From the IMG/VR virus record IMGVR_UViG_3300018481_000024, positions 1 through 59,362 of that record: a stretch of DNA of 59,362 nt. The stretch is one strand, 5' to 3'. Position 1 is the stretch's first letter; every line of letters starts with the position of its first letter. This document shows, in pieces, positions 18,425 through 28,753 of the stretch. The notes beneath the pieces were generated by a model. That model was given only the letters and a program-made list of their open reading frames with translations, had not been told where the DNA came from and ran no database searches. The DNA comes from a virus. Taxonomy: Duplodnaviria; Caudoviricetes. The position numbers were made by a program, and so were the translations under genes.

Positions 18425-21227
18425 TGATGCAATCGGCCAGTTGGGCGGTCTGGAGAAGATCGTCAAGAGCCTCCTTCCGGCTGTCAAGGAACTCACCTCT
18501 GGGTTCAAGGACGCCAGCAAGAGCGCTGCTGGCCTCGGGTCCTCCGTCTCCGCTGCCGGGAAGTCCATGCATGGCATCGGCGGTGGCAACGGCCTGATCC
18601 CGATGAACCAGTCCGTCGACATGATGAACAACGCCATGGGCGGCGGCGGCAGGGTGATGGGCGGTGGTACCGGTCAGGTCAACTACGGAGCGAACCAAGG
18701 CTATGTACCAGCGGGGAACGCGGGTGGTGGTGGAGTAGCAGGAGGCGGTGGGACCGGTGCCTTCGGCATCGGTGAGCAGGGTGGCTTCACGGGGGCGACA
18801 GGCAGCGGCCTCCTGTCCAACCTGATGAACCTGATGATGATCGGCCCGCAGTACATGTTCAACCGGGTCGAGGGGAACCGGGCACTGGCCGCAGGTATCT
18901 CGCAGGATGTCCGGTCGATGTCGCTGTACGCCGGTCGGCCCTCCAACGACATCCTTGAGGCTCTCGGCAACAAGATGCCGCTGATGGGTAACGCCAACCA
19001 GATGGCGGCGGCGGGGAACATGGCCGGGGCGTACGGCTACGGCAACCTCATGCGACCCGAGTTCGGCAGCGGTCGCTTCATGCAGGGTGCCCGTGAGATG
19101 CAGTTGCTCACGCCGGGTGTCGCTGGCGAGCAGATCGTCAAGGAGCGGGGCGAGTTCCTCGGCAACACCGGGGGGCACCAGAAGGCACTGATGCTGACCG
19201 GCGGGGCCATGAGCGGGTTCACCGCTGGTGGTCAGCCGAAGACCTTGGTGGAGTGGGCCGAGAGCGTCCTGAAGTGGTTCGAAGGTCTGCGCCCCGGCAA
19301 GGACAAGGGCAAGCCGTTCTCACAGGACGAGATCAACACCCAGATGTTCCCCGGCTCCAACATGCGGGCGTGGTTCCAGTCGATGGACACCCCGCCCTAC
19401 ATGATCGATGCCTTCTGGAAGTACGCCATCAACATGCGTTCGGGGACCAAGTCCACGTTCGAAGAGACGTTCAACGAAGGGAAGATGGGGAACGATCTCG
19501 CTCTCCGTCGACTCCAGACGGCCACGTCCGGTGCTGAGCGTGAGATGAAGTTCATGTCAGCGGGCGGTCCCGGCAGTTCGTGGTACGAGCAGTACATCAA
19601 GCGGGAGCAGGCCGACACCGGGTTCAACCGGATCATGAAGACCCTCATCGACAACCTGATGGGGGCGACCTCGGGTTCGTTCATGAGCGACATGATCGCC
19701 GGGACGCCCACCCCGATCGCCAACATGATGTCGCAGATGATGTTCTCCACGATCCCGCACATGATCTCGGAGAGCGTGTCGAGCATCCCGATCATCGGTG
19801 GGATGCTCGGCGATCCCGATGTCGGGGATCCCGGTGACTACGGCGACTACGGATCCACCAGCACGACGGGTCTGGACCAGTCCTTCGGGAAGCGGCTCAA
19901 GGGGATGATGAAGGCCAATCCCCGGCTCAAGATCAACAGTGGTTTCCGTGAGGGGACGACCCAGACACGGTTGGCGAAGAAGGGTGTCGGGCGGGTCACG
20001 CCCCACCTCGACAAGTCGATGCACACGAAGGGTCTGGCTGCTGACCTCGGACCTCGGTCCGAGTACGGCTGGATCGCCCAGAACGCCAGCCGGTTCGGAC
20101 TCGACCAAGCCTCCCGACACGGTGAGCCGTGGCACGTCGGACCACCCGGCACCATCGGTGATCCCGGTAAGGGCTGCTGCGTGGGCTGTGGCGGTGCCGG
20201 GGTGTCGATCGGCGATCCTGCCTTGGGCATGTTGTCGAGCGGGTTCGGTGACATCGGAGACACCAGCGGCAAGATGGGCGCAGGCATGGAGAACACTCCG
20301 TGTGGTCAGGCCGTCATGCAGATCTGGCCGAAGGAGCTGTGGCCGTGGGCCTTCGCTGTCATCCAGCGTGAGTCGGGCGGCGATCCGAACGCCAAGAACA
20401 AGAACTCCAGTGCGACCGGCTGCTTCCAGATGATGATGTCGATCCACGCCCATCGGTTCAACGGGAAGCCGGGTACTGATCCGCTCGCCAACGCAGCGGC
20501 GGCACTGGAGCTGTTCAAGGAGCAGGGGGCCAAGCCATGGGCGGCGTCGAACTCCAACTCGTCGGCGATGATGGCTCTGCTGCCGCCCAACGCTCAGGAC
20601 ATCGCCAAGAAGGGTGGAGGTGGCGGGGGTGGCCTCAGCGGTGTGATCGACGCCGGGAAGTCGGTCCTCGGGGGCATCGGGTCAGCTATCGGCGGGGCGG
20701 TGTCCGGTGCCACCGGCTTCTTGAAGTCCATCGCTGGCGGACCGTTCGACGTGTTCAAGGATCTGGCTCTGGGCTTCGCCAGCGGCGACTTCACCTCGAT
20801 GTTCGACTTCGATGTCATGGGCAAGATCGTGAAGATGATGAACTCCATGACAGCCGGGATGGGGTTCTCTCCCGGCGGTGGGGCCATGTCGACCAGCACC
20901 GGGTTTGCCAACATGCTGGCCGACAAGATCGGCGGGGCGTCTGGGATGTCGGGCATCTTCGGAGGCGGCGGTGGATTCTGGGGAGGGGATCCGGTCGGTG
21001 ATCCTGCGATGTCGATGGGCGGGGCACCGTCCATGGCTCAGGTGTCGGGCTATGCCAATGGTGGAGGTGGTGGCGGGGCCAATGTCTCGCTCCAAGGCGG
21101 CAGCGTCGTCATGCACAACAATTTCAACATCTCCGGTGCCTCGGCACAGGACGCCAACCGCACTGCTCAGGTGGTCGCCAGCCACCTCAATTCGATGATG
21201 AACGACCGGAACAGGAGAGCTTCCTGA
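18414..21227 (+). CDS. Tape measure protein with M15 peptidase and SLT lytic transglycosylase domains
   Basis: GGAGG RBS; Gly/Ala/Met-rich helical body; SGFR..SMH.KGLAAD..EPWH (M15); IQRESGG.PNA.N..SSATGCFQ (SLT). Confidence 0.88.
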   Translation: MPDSDAIGQLGGLEKIVKSLLPAVKELTSGFKDASKSAAGLGSSVSAAGKSMHGIGGGNGLIPMNQSVDMMNNAMGGGGRVMGGGTGQVNYGANQGYVPAGNAGGGGVAGGGGTGAFGIGEQGGFTGATGSGLLSNLMNLMMIGPQYMFNRVEGNRALAAGISQDVRSMSLYAGRPSNDILEALGNKMPLMGNANQMAAAGNMAGAYGYGNLMRPEFGSGRFMQGAREMQLLTPGVAGEQIVKERGEFLGNTGGHQKALMLTGGAMSGFTAGGQPKTLVEWAESVLKWFEGLRPGKDKGKPFSQDEINTQMFPGSNMRAWFQSMDTPPYMIDAFWKYAINMRSGTKSTFEETFNEGKMGNDLALRRLQTATSGAEREMKFMSAGGPGSSWYEQYIKREQADTGFNRIMKTLIDNLMGATSGSFMSDMIAGTPTPIANMMSQMMFSTIPHMISESVSSIPIIGGMLGDPDVGDPGDYGDYGSTSTTGLDQSFGKRLKGMMKANPRLKINSGFREGTTQTRLAKKGVGRVTPHLDKSMHTKGLAADLGPRSEYGWIAQNASRFGLDQASRHGEPWHVGPPGTIGDPGKGCCVGCGGAGVSIGDPALGMLSSGFGDIGDTSGKMGAGMENTPCGQAVMQIWPKELWPWAFAVIQRESGGDPNAKNKNSSATGCFQMMMSIHAHRFNGKPGTDPLANAAAALELFKEQGAKPWAASNSNSSAMMALLPPNAQDIAKKGGGGGGGLSGVIDAGKSVLGGIGSAIGGAVSGATGFLKSIAGGPFDVFKDLALGFASGDFTSMFDFDVMGKIVKMMNSMTAGMGFSPGGGAMSTSTGFANMLADKIGGASGMSGIFGGGGGFWGGDPVGDPAMSMGGAPSMAQVSGYANGGGGGGANVSLQGGSVVMHNNFNISGASAQDANRTAQVVASHLNSMMNDRNRRAS

Positions 21228-22738
21228 TGTCGGATCACGGCGACGGCAGCGGTGCTGGTTACAACCTCGGACAGGCTCTCGGAGAGTCTGTCAGCGGCGA
21301 CGGCCCTGCTACAGGGGGAGGAGGAGTCAGCTCCGCTGGTGAGGACCGGGAGCAGGCGTTCGAACAGTTCTACAGCGACCCGGATCACGGGCCGACGAAC
21401 AAGCCGTTCGCGTTCGACAACGCCCTCCCTCAGCCTGACGCCATCGGACAGATCGCCCGTGGCTACATCCGGCGGGCCAACTACAACGAGGACGCCTCCT
21501 CAAGGTTCACCCTCAAGTTCATGTTCAATCCCGAAACCATCAAGCGGGATTATCTGAGTTATCTGGATCAGGCGGCGCTGGACCCGTTCAACACGATCTA
21601 CAACTCGGGCAACCTCATCGCCCCACCGTCGTTCATCAACTTCTCGTTCAGTCTGGTGTTCGACCGGCAGATCCAAGAGCACGACATCAGGCCCGAGACG
21701 CGCATCCCTGACGGGGTGCTGCACGATTACCAGTACTTCGACATCGTCGTGAGGAACGTCCCACCGTTCACCGACGACGCGCCGTTCAGGGACAACGGCG
21801 TGATGATGGTCAACCCGCAGGAGATCGTCGTCTTCTTCTCTCGGGAGCTTGTGGTCCGGGGCCGTCCCACCAACGCAGCGGTGAACTTCATCAAGTTCTC
21901 CCACAACATGATCCCCACCCGGATGGAGATCGAGCTGACGATGATCATCAGCTACTTCGGCCACGAGGCTGGCCTTGGTAGCGGGCAGATGGAACCGGCC
22001 CAGCCGGACAACATCTATCCAGCCCTCGTTCCGTACGACACCTACTTCGAACTGCCCACCGAAGAGACGATCAGGAACGCCGCCAGCGCCGCGAAGGAGG
22101 CGTTCAAGAAGGTCAAGGATCTCTTCACCTCGGTCACCAAGTCGTTCCTGTCGGCGATGGGTACCGGGTTGTCGGCGATCATCAGCCTGTTCAAGGGGTC
22201 AGCCGGTGCGGGTAACGGGGCAGCATCAGCCGGTGATCCCGCCGCCTTCTCTGGTACTGGTGCCACATCACCACCGGGGGGAGGGGCGGGGGTCGGCAAC
22301 GAAACGGCGATCGCCAACTCCTACGGCGGCAGCTCATCACCGAATCAGATTCCGAAGACGAGCTTCAACATGGGCGGTAAGTCCGTCACCATCGCCACGG
22401 CCACTGTTCCAGCGTGGGCGGCGATGGACGCCATTATCAGGAAGCACGGGTATCAGGTCCGAGAGGCGGGTGGGTTCTGCTGGCGGACGAAGCGTGGGAG
22501 CAGTGGGCGCTCGGTTCACTCCTACGGTCTGGCCGTGGATATCAACCCCGGTCAGAATCCCATGTCTAAAGCGTTCAAGACGGATATGCCAGCCGCCATG
22601 ACCAACGAGATCTGCGCCCTCAAGACCGGTAATGGGGTGACTGTTTTTTCTTGGGGCGGCAATTGGAACTCTACAAAGGACACGATGCATTTTCAGATAC
22701 GCTGCATGTCCGGTGATATAGCGACAGGTATCAAGTAA
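21227..22738 (+). CDS. Tail tube initiator/CIS tube-like protein with C-terminal M15 (D,D/L,D-peptidase) domain
   Basis: LKFMFNPETI..FSLVFDR..F.HNMIPTR..I.L; C-terminal SVHSYGLAVDINP..WGGNW...DTMHFQ. Confidence 0.8.
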   Translation: MSDHGDGSGAGYNLGQALGESVSGDGPATGGGGVSSAGEDREQAFEQFYSDPDHGPTNKPFAFDNALPQPDAIGQIARGYIRRANYNEDASSRFTLKFMFNPETIKRDYLSYLDQAALDPFNTIYNSGNLIAPPSFINFSFSLVFDRQIQEHDIRPETRIPDGVLHDYQYFDIVVRNVPPFTDDAPFRDNGVMMVNPQEIVVFFSRELVVRGRPTNAAVNFIKFSHNMIPTRMEIELTMIISYFGHEAGLGSGQMEPAQPDNIYPALVPYDTYFELPTEETIRNAASAAKEAFKKVKDLFTSVTKSFLSAMGTGLSAIISLFKGSAGAGNGAASAGDPAAFSGTGATSPPGGGAGVGNETAIANSYGGSSSPNQIPKTSFNMGGKSVTIATATVPAWAAMDAIIRKHGYQVREAGGFCWRTKRGSSGRSVHSYGLAVDINPGQNPMSKAFKTDMPAAMTNEICALKTGNGVTVFSWGGNWNSTKDTMHFQIRCMSGDIATGIK

Positions 22739-23403
22739 TGAGCACCGTCGATAATCCGGCATGGTGGTGGGGCGACGATGCCCTGTGGCAGTCGCTCGGG
22801 TACGAGAGCGCCGAGGAAGGCCAAGCCGCTCTCGGTATCACCGAGCCGATCATGGACCCGGAGGATGTCAAGGACGACCCGCTCGCCGGTCAGGATGACG
22901 AGTTCGAAGAAGCCTTCACCGAGATGCACGTCAACGACATCTCCTATCTGTGCGCCGTGTATCGGTTCAACAACTCGGAGCACCGGCTCAAGCGGCGGGG
23001 ATTCAACAGCCTGCGGAACTTCTTCGACAGCCAGTTGAAGTGGACTGAGTTCACGCCGGTCGTGGACTTCAGATACGCGGAAGTTGATTATGTGTATCAG
23101 GTGCTGCCCGGTGATCTCCTGATCCGGTACGAGCCGTTCATGCCGAACATCGTCGGGATGGTGGAGAGCATCCCCGAAATCACCATCACCGAGGAGACGG
23201 AGTACAAGGAGGCCCGGATCGAAGTCCTCTTCCCACAGTTCCCCGTCGTCGGAGAGGTGGTCATCCCGACCGCCGTCACCATGAACCTTGAGCAGTTGAA
23301 GTCGAGCAAGTTCAGCTACGTCATCCGCTCGACCATGTCCTCGGCGGGCAACCTGTTCCGGCTCGGATATGAGACTGGAGTGAGAGGGATGTTGCCGTCA
23401 TGA
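22738..23403 (+). CDS. Hypothetical baseplate-region protein, possibly an inactivated NlpC/P60 fold
   Basis: TAATG coupling; NDISYLCAVYR..LPGDLLI..NIVGMV echoes DCSGL..VY..PGDL.F..HVGI. Confidence 0.5.
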   Translation: MSTVDNPAWWWGDDALWQSLGYESAEEGQAALGITEPIMDPEDVKDDPLAGQDDEFEEAFTEMHVNDISYLCAVYRFNNSEHRLKRRGFNSLRNFFDSQLKWTEFTPVVDFRYAEVDYVYQVLPGDLLIRYEPFMPNIVGMVESIPEITITEETEYKEARIEVLFPQFPVVGEVVIPTAVTMNLEQLKSSKFSYVIRSTMSSAGNLFRLGYETGVRGMLPS

Positions 23404-23732
23404 CCAGTCCTGACTCCCGGTACTACGGCTTGGACACCACGCCGTTCGATCGGTACGACTACGACGCCCAGAATCATCCGTCGAAGACCGAGAACAACGA
23501 CGAGCTGAAGATCGACTCCATCACCTCCGTCTACCGGATTGTGAAGACGAAGAACTTCCCGTCCTCGGTGCGCCGCCAGCGACGGGCGAACGTCACCGAC
23601 ACGATGAGCCTGTTCGCCCACACCTACCTCAAGGACGCCAAGAAGTTCTGGGTGATGGCCGAACTGAACCCCCACATCCGCCACCCGTTCGACATCACCG
23701 TCAACGACGTGATCAACCTCCCTCCGGGCTGA
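23400..23732 (+). CDS. LysM-like baseplate wedge/tail protein X (gp53-like)
   Basis: SRY..DTMSLFAHTYLKD...FWVMAELNP.I..PFDI....I.LP. Confidence 0.8.
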   Translation: MTSPDSRYYGLDTTPFDRYDYDAQNHPSKTENNDELKIDSITSVYRIVKTKNFPSSVRRQRRANVTDTMSLFAHTYLKDAKKFWVMAELNPHIRHPFDITVNDVINLPPG

Positions 23733-23733
23733 C

Positions 23734-24855
23734 ATGGCGATCACAGTCGTATCTCCCAACGATGTCCTGAGGAACCAGTTCAGGACCATCCCGGCCTACA
23801 TGAACATCGCCGGGATGGAGACGGACATCTACATCAAGGAGATCGAGGTCAATCAGGAACTGGGGATGCACGACAGCATCTGGATCAACGCCGAGTTCGG
23901 CATCACCGATCCGATGCAGTTGGCCGACAAGCCGTTCCAGCTCCGGTACGGACAGGGTGCCAACTCAAATGTGTTCTACGGGTACTTCGAAGCCATTCTG
24001 AAGAACCAGTCGCTCCACTCCACGATCGACATCACCGCGCAGGGACTGGGCTGGACCGCCATCATGCGGCGGGGAGCCAGACGGATCCTTGAAGGGACCA
24101 CCCTCACCGATGTCGTCCGGCCCCTCGTCACGCCTCACGGGTTCCGGTTCAAGGTTGATGAGCCGACGTTCTCCTCGTACCGGGAAGCTCAGGTGGATGA
24201 GTCGGACTGGGGCTTCCTCGTTCGGATCGCTGGCAGCCTCAACCGCTTCGTCAGCTCGGTGAACGGGACGGTCTGGGTCCTCGACCCGATCGCCGAACTG
24301 AAGAAGGGAAAGGCGCTCCTCACGTTCGACCGGAACAGTCAGGACCCTGACGCCGTCGACTACCTGTTGGACTATGCACCGAACTCCGTGTCCGGTGACA
24401 TGTCGACGTATCGAGACACCGTCGGTTACTCATACTTGAATTCGGCGGGGAAGGTCGTTACAAGAACGCCAAAAGACACGGAAGATACGACCAACTTCTA
24501 TACCGGATATATCCCGAACGCTGACTGGGCACGACGGGTCAGCGACCTTGTCGACCTCACGTCGTTCCACACGGCGACGGCTCGGATCAACGGCAACGCC
24601 CTATTGGCTCCCGGTCTGGTGTGCGCCTTCATGACGACCCGCCCGGAACAGCGGCCTATGGACAAGTTCGACGGGCTGTGGATGATCCAGTCGGTCCAGC
24701 ACAAGATCGGGATGAACTTCTTCCAGACCAACCTCACGATGATCAGGGACGAGATTCGGCTGCCGATTGTCGGCGCTCCATATGTGTGGCCCATCACCAC
24801 CCGTCCCGGCAAGCTCGTACCATTCATCATCGTGAACGATCGCTGGAGGATGTAG
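23734..24855 (+). CDS. Baseplate hub protein (T4 gp27/gpD-like)
   Basis: FYGY..Q.DESDWGFL.RIA..GN..LAPG..DGLWMI.SV.H. Confidence 0.82.
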   Translation: MAITVVSPNDVLRNQFRTIPAYMNIAGMETDIYIKEIEVNQELGMHDSIWINAEFGITDPMQLADKPFQLRYGQGANSNVFYGYFEAILKNQSLHSTIDITAQGLGWTAIMRRGARRILEGTTLTDVVRPLVTPHGFRFKVDEPTFSSYREAQVDESDWGFLVRIAGSLNRFVSSVNGTVWVLDPIAELKKGKALLTFDRNSQDPDAVDYLLDYAPNSVSGDMSTYRDTVGYSYLNSAGKVVTRTPKDTEDTTNFYTGYIPNADWARRVSDLVDLTSFHTATARINGNALLAPGLVCAFMTTRPEQRPMDKFDGLWMIQSVQHKIGMNFFQTNLTMIRDEIRLPIVGAPYVWPITTRPGKLVPFIIVNDRWRM

Positions 24856-25230
24856 ATGGAAGCGCTGGAGTTTCCCTTCGTCATCCGAGGCGGGAAGTGG
24901 CAGACCACCCGAGACATCAACCGGATCGTCCGGGGACAGGTCATCGATGTCGCCATGACCAACTTCCGTGAGCGGGCCATGCGACCCATCTACGGATCCG
25001 ATGCCCAGAGCTTCGTCTTCCGGCCTCAGGACGCGCTGGTGAAGGAGGATGCTGTCCGCATCATGAAGCAGCGGTTGGTGGCGCTGTGTCCTCGGGCGGT
25101 CATCGATCGGGTCAACATGGAACGGTCCCCGACGGATCCGGCGGCGGTCATCTTCACGGTCACGTTCCGTGCGTCCCTCCATGAGGATCCGGTCGTGCTG
25201 ACGTACGAACTCACGAGGGATGACAAATGA
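24856..25230 (+). CDS. Baseplate wedge/sheath initiator (gp25/gpW-like)
   Basis: ALEFPF..T...ERAMRP.YGS....VF. Confidence 0.88.
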   Translation: MEALEFPFVIRGGKWQTTRDINRIVRGQVIDVAMTNFRERAMRPIYGSDAQSFVFRPQDALVKEDAVRIMKQRLVALCPRAVIDRVNMERSPTDPAAVIFTVTFRASLHEDPVVLTYELTRDDK

Positions 25231-26801
25231 GTAGCTACTACGACGAGAACACCAATGACGTGATTCTCGACTACACCGCCCGAGACTTCGAAGCCATCAG
25301 GGAGATGATCGTCGGGGTCGCCCGCGGCGTGTATCCCGAGTGGCAGACGGTGGGTGAGGCCAACGACTTCGGCACTGTGCTGTTGGAGATGTATGCGTAC
25401 GTCGCAGATGTCACCAACTTCTACATCGACCGGGTGGCGGCGGAAGCGTTCATCCAGACGGCCACCCTGAGGGAGTCGGTCAACAACATCGCCGAGATGA
25501 TGGGCTACCGGCCCATCGGTCAGCGGGCGGCGCTGTGCGAGGTGAAGTTCACGATCGATCCCGCCCACCCTGCCGACATCACGATCCCGGCCAAGACCCG
25601 ACTCCTGACCGACATCCCGAACCAGCAGCAGCCGTTCGTCTTCGAAACGGACCATCCGATCACCCTGTACATGGGTGGGGAGGCCCAGTACACGACGGCC
25701 ACCGAGGGGCTGACGACCGACTGGACGACGATCCATGTGTCGGTCGGGAACCCGGCACTGTCGGTACGAATTCCTGAGGCCAACGTGATTCAGGATTCAG
25801 TAGCTGTGCGAACCCGTGAGGGGACCTTCGTCCACAACAACTCCCTGACCGACACCCCCAACTACATCTTCTGGACCGAGATCGATGCGGTGTCGACGGC
25901 TCGTCCCAACCAGTCGGCCTACGCCACCCGAGTGGATGACGCCGGATACACCTACCTGATCTTTGGTGACGGGTCAGCCGGACGGATCCCTCCGGTCGGT
26001 GCCGAGATCGACGTGACCTACCGCTCCGGTCGGGGAGCGGCAGCCAACTCCGTGGCGATCGGTGACATCAGCATCATCGACTCGATGGTCGTCAACCCTG
26101 CCTTCTGCTCGGTGACCAACCCCACCATCCCAGTGGGCGGGGCAAATCCTGAGTCTCTGGAATCCATGCGAAAGTCGATTCCGAAGGCGAGGCGGATCCG
26201 TGACCGGGCCGTATCTCTGAAAGATTATGCCGATCTGGCGATTCAGGTTCCCGGTGTGGAGAAGGCTGTCTCGTTCGGACAGATCTACTCCGCCGTGTCG
26301 ATCAAGATCGCTCCGGTCGGGGACCGGGACACCTTGGAGAGCAAGCCCCTCATGGATGCTCTGGCTGGTCGGGTTTCCGACTACATGTCCGACAAGGTGA
26401 TGATCGGGTCGGTCGTCTACGTCGACCCCGCCGAGATCAGCGACTTCTACCTGAGCATGGAAGTCCATGTGAAGCCGGGGTACGGCCAGCAGGTGACGTT
26501 GCAGGAGGTGCGTGGTGTCCTCTACGAGCTGGCGAGCTACGTCGAGATGGACATCGATGAGGAGCTGTTCATCGGTGAGGTGTACCGGGCAGCCATGAAG
26601 ATCGACGGCGTCGACTGGGTCAACATCCTCCACTTCAGCCTCTCCGAGCCGGTCACCGAGGGGGCCACCAGCGGAGTGGTCGAGAACCTCAAGCCGCTGT
26701 TCGGTTCCATCCTCCAGTTCGCCCCGATCCCGACCGATGTCACCGACATCAACGGCGGTGGCCTGAAGCTCTTCGGATACGGGGGCGTCGTCGCCTCATG
26801 A
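25227..26801 (+). CDS. Baseplate J/gp6-like wedge protein
   Basis: DYTARDFEAIR..PEW....DFG.VLLE..AYVAD...FYIDR...EAF..TA..FGDG..GRIPP..GGA.PES..RAVS..DY. Confidence 0.92.
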   Translation: MSSYYDENTNDVILDYTARDFEAIREMIVGVARGVYPEWQTVGEANDFGTVLLEMYAYVADVTNFYIDRVAAEAFIQTATLRESVNNIAEMMGYRPIGQRAALCEVKFTIDPAHPADITIPAKTRLLTDIPNQQQPFVFETDHPITLYMGGEAQYTTATEGLTTDWTTIHVSVGNPALSVRIPEANVIQDSVAVRTREGTFVHNNSLTDTPNYIFWTEIDAVSTARPNQSAYATRVDDAGYTYLIFGDGSAGRIPPVGAEIDVTYRSGRGAAANSVAIGDISIIDSMVVNPAFCSVTNPTIPVGGANPESLESMRKSIPKARRIRDRAVSLKDYADLAIQVPGVEKAVSFGQIYSAVSIKIAPVGDRDTLESKPLMDALAGRVSDYMSDKVMIGSVVYVDPAEISDFYLSMEVHVKPGYGQQVTLQEVRGVLYELASYVEMDIDEELFIGEVYRAAMKIDGVDWVNILHFSLSEPVTEGATSGVVENLKPLFGSILQFAPIPTDVTDINGGGLKLFGYGGVVAS

Positions 26802-28753
26802 CCGAGGACATCCTTCCCCGCAGTAACGACCCGGAGTACGCCGCCTTCAAGCTCCGGCGTGTCGATGGCTCCGGCGATGTCGCTCGCGGTCGTAGTGCTG
26901 AAGAAATCCTGCAAGACCTTCGACCGGGTATGGCGGCGGCTGCGGCGATCAGGTTCGCCAGTGAGGTTCCAGAAGGTCTGGACATCGTCGGGGTCATGTC
27001 GACCCGTCCCATCTCCTACGACACGATGGAGATCCTCTGGGGCATCCCGGCGACCATGAAGGACGTGTGGAACGAGATGACCATCGTCCGTTCGGCGTTC
27101 GGGTACCCCATGACCCCAGCCGACGGCGTCATGGTGATGCACCGGTACAACCGAGCAGCGCTCGACACTCTCGTCCCGCCGGACTCCGACTTCAGCCCCG
27201 AGACGGTGCTCACGTCCGAGACTGCGGGGATCACCTACGACAAGATCCTCCAGTCGGGGCGGTTCTACTACTACACGTTCTTCTTCAAGGTCGGGACGAC
27301 GTGGGCGGTGGCGAAGCGCCACAGCAACCTGATCCCGTTCGACTACCGCCACCGTGACTCCATGGAGATGGAGACGGCCCCCTTCTACTTCCGTCACCAG
27401 AGCGAGGCCAACCTCGACTTCCTGAAGCGGTGGTACTGGCTGATCGGGTTCGAAGCCGACTACACCCGCACCCTCGCCTACGGAGTGGAGCAGCTCTACA
27501 ACGCTGACATCGCTCCCCTGTCGCTCCTCAAGGAGTTGGGCAAGCAGAACTTCGGATTCAACTTCTCACATTGGCGACGGACCGTCGGGGAGATCCGGTA
27601 CCGGGCGCTGCTGGCGAAGGTGCGCCGCATCCTCGACGCCCGCGGCACCTTCGTCGGTCTTCAGGACATGTGTGAGGCAGCGTCGGGCTACGAGTGCTTC
27701 GTCCTGCCCGGTGTCAACATCATGACCCTCGCCGATGACTCGGAGTTCCACGGCGGGATCGGCAACTGGGCACCGTCCCCCTTTGTCATCTCCCGACAGG
27801 CTCGACACCTGCTCGGCCTGTCACCGTTGGAGGGTGGCCTCGGGAAGGTCACCATTCCCGACGAGGTCCCCAACACCCGACATCTCGTGATGCAGAACTA
27901 CACCCTCGACCCCAACGACACTCCGCCCGAGACGCCGTGTCGGGGAGAGATGAAGGTGGTGGCCGACGCCGAGAACCAGATGCTCTTCACCTGCGGAGCG
28001 GGGCAGGCGAGGTACATGCTCGGCGACCGGGAGATCGAGTCGCAGATGGACCCGGCCATGCGGGGTGTGCCGGTCTACGAGGGGACCGGCTACTACTTCT
28101 CGTTCTACATGCGACGTGATCTCGCGGTGGTGGACCCGGCTGACACCGTCCTCTTCGGGTTCGCCTACTTCACGTCCGAACAGATGGACGCTGGGTACAG
28201 CGACGCCTTCGGCTCCCAGCCTGATCAGGTGGACGCCACCTCCAACCCTCCCCGCGACTTCGATGAGGTCGACTCCACCTATGCCACATGGGATGCCCTC
28301 TACGCCGACGATGTGACATGGGACGAGGTGGCTGGGCATTTCACGACCGGTGGAAGGGGCGACCTCGACTGGATGTCTGGGTACGAGTCGTTTATCAACA
28401 TGCGTCTCGCCGGGATGGAGATCGTGGAGGAACTCCGTCCCGCACCGATCGACGCCCAGTGGTCCCAGTATGACTCCGAGTTCTTCGTCCCGGTCGGGAA
28501 GGAGATCCGGTTCGCCGTCCCGTTCGTGTGGGTTCATGACTCGTCGTCCTACGGGGTGCCGACCAGCGCTCGGTACTTCACCGGCTTCATGGTGAACTCT
28601 GCTCAGGTCGGTGACGACATCTCGACCTATCGCCCGCAGGGCCACCTCAGGCTGAAGGCACAACTGGAGGGGGACCACGTCCTGACCGACGGGTCCGAGG
28701 TTCCCGGTATGACCGTCAGGTACGTCGGCACCGACTACGGACAGGGCAACTGA
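26798..28753 (+). CDS. Baseplate wedge protein (gp7/P2 gpI-like)
   Basis: IVRS.FGYP..P.DG..FYYY.FF; FL....GFE.D..RT; RGT..GL.......SGY. Confidence 0.7.
   Translation: MTEDILPRSNDPEYAAFKLRRVDGSGDVARGRSAEEILQDLRPGMAAAAAIRFASEVPEGLDIVGVMSTRPISYDTMEILWGIPATMKDVWNEMTIVRSAFGYPMTPADGVMVMHRYNRAALDTLVPPDSDFSPETVLTSETAGITYDKILQSGRFYYYTFFFKVGTTWAVAKRHSNLIPFDYRHRDSMEMETAPFYFRHQSEANLDFLKRWYWLIGFEADYTRTLAYGVEQLYNADIAPLSLLKELGKQNFGFNFSHWRRTVGEIRYRALLAKVRRILDARGTFVGLQDMCEAASGYECFVLPGVNIMTLADDSEFHGGIGNWAPSPFVISRQARHLLGLSPLEGGLGKVTIPDEVPNTRHLVMQNYTLDPNDTPPETPCRGEMKVVADAENQMLFTCGAGQARYMLGDREIESQMDPAMRGVPVYEGTGYYFSFYMRRDLAVVDPADTVLFGFAYFTSEQMDAGYSDAFGSQPDQVDATSNPPRDFDEVDSTYATWDALYADDVTWDEVAGHFTTGGRGDLDWMSGYESFINMRLAGMEIVEELRPAPIDAQWSQYDSEFFVPVGKEIRFAVPFVWVHDSSSYGVPTSARYFTGFMVNSAQVGDDISTYRPQGHLRLKAQLEGDHVLTDGSEVPGMTVRYVGTDYGQGN

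Noticed and set aside
14527-28753. Extracellular contractile injection system or T6SS-like locus
   Set aside because: Capsid, neck, lysis and full replication genes are present, so this is a myovirus tail module
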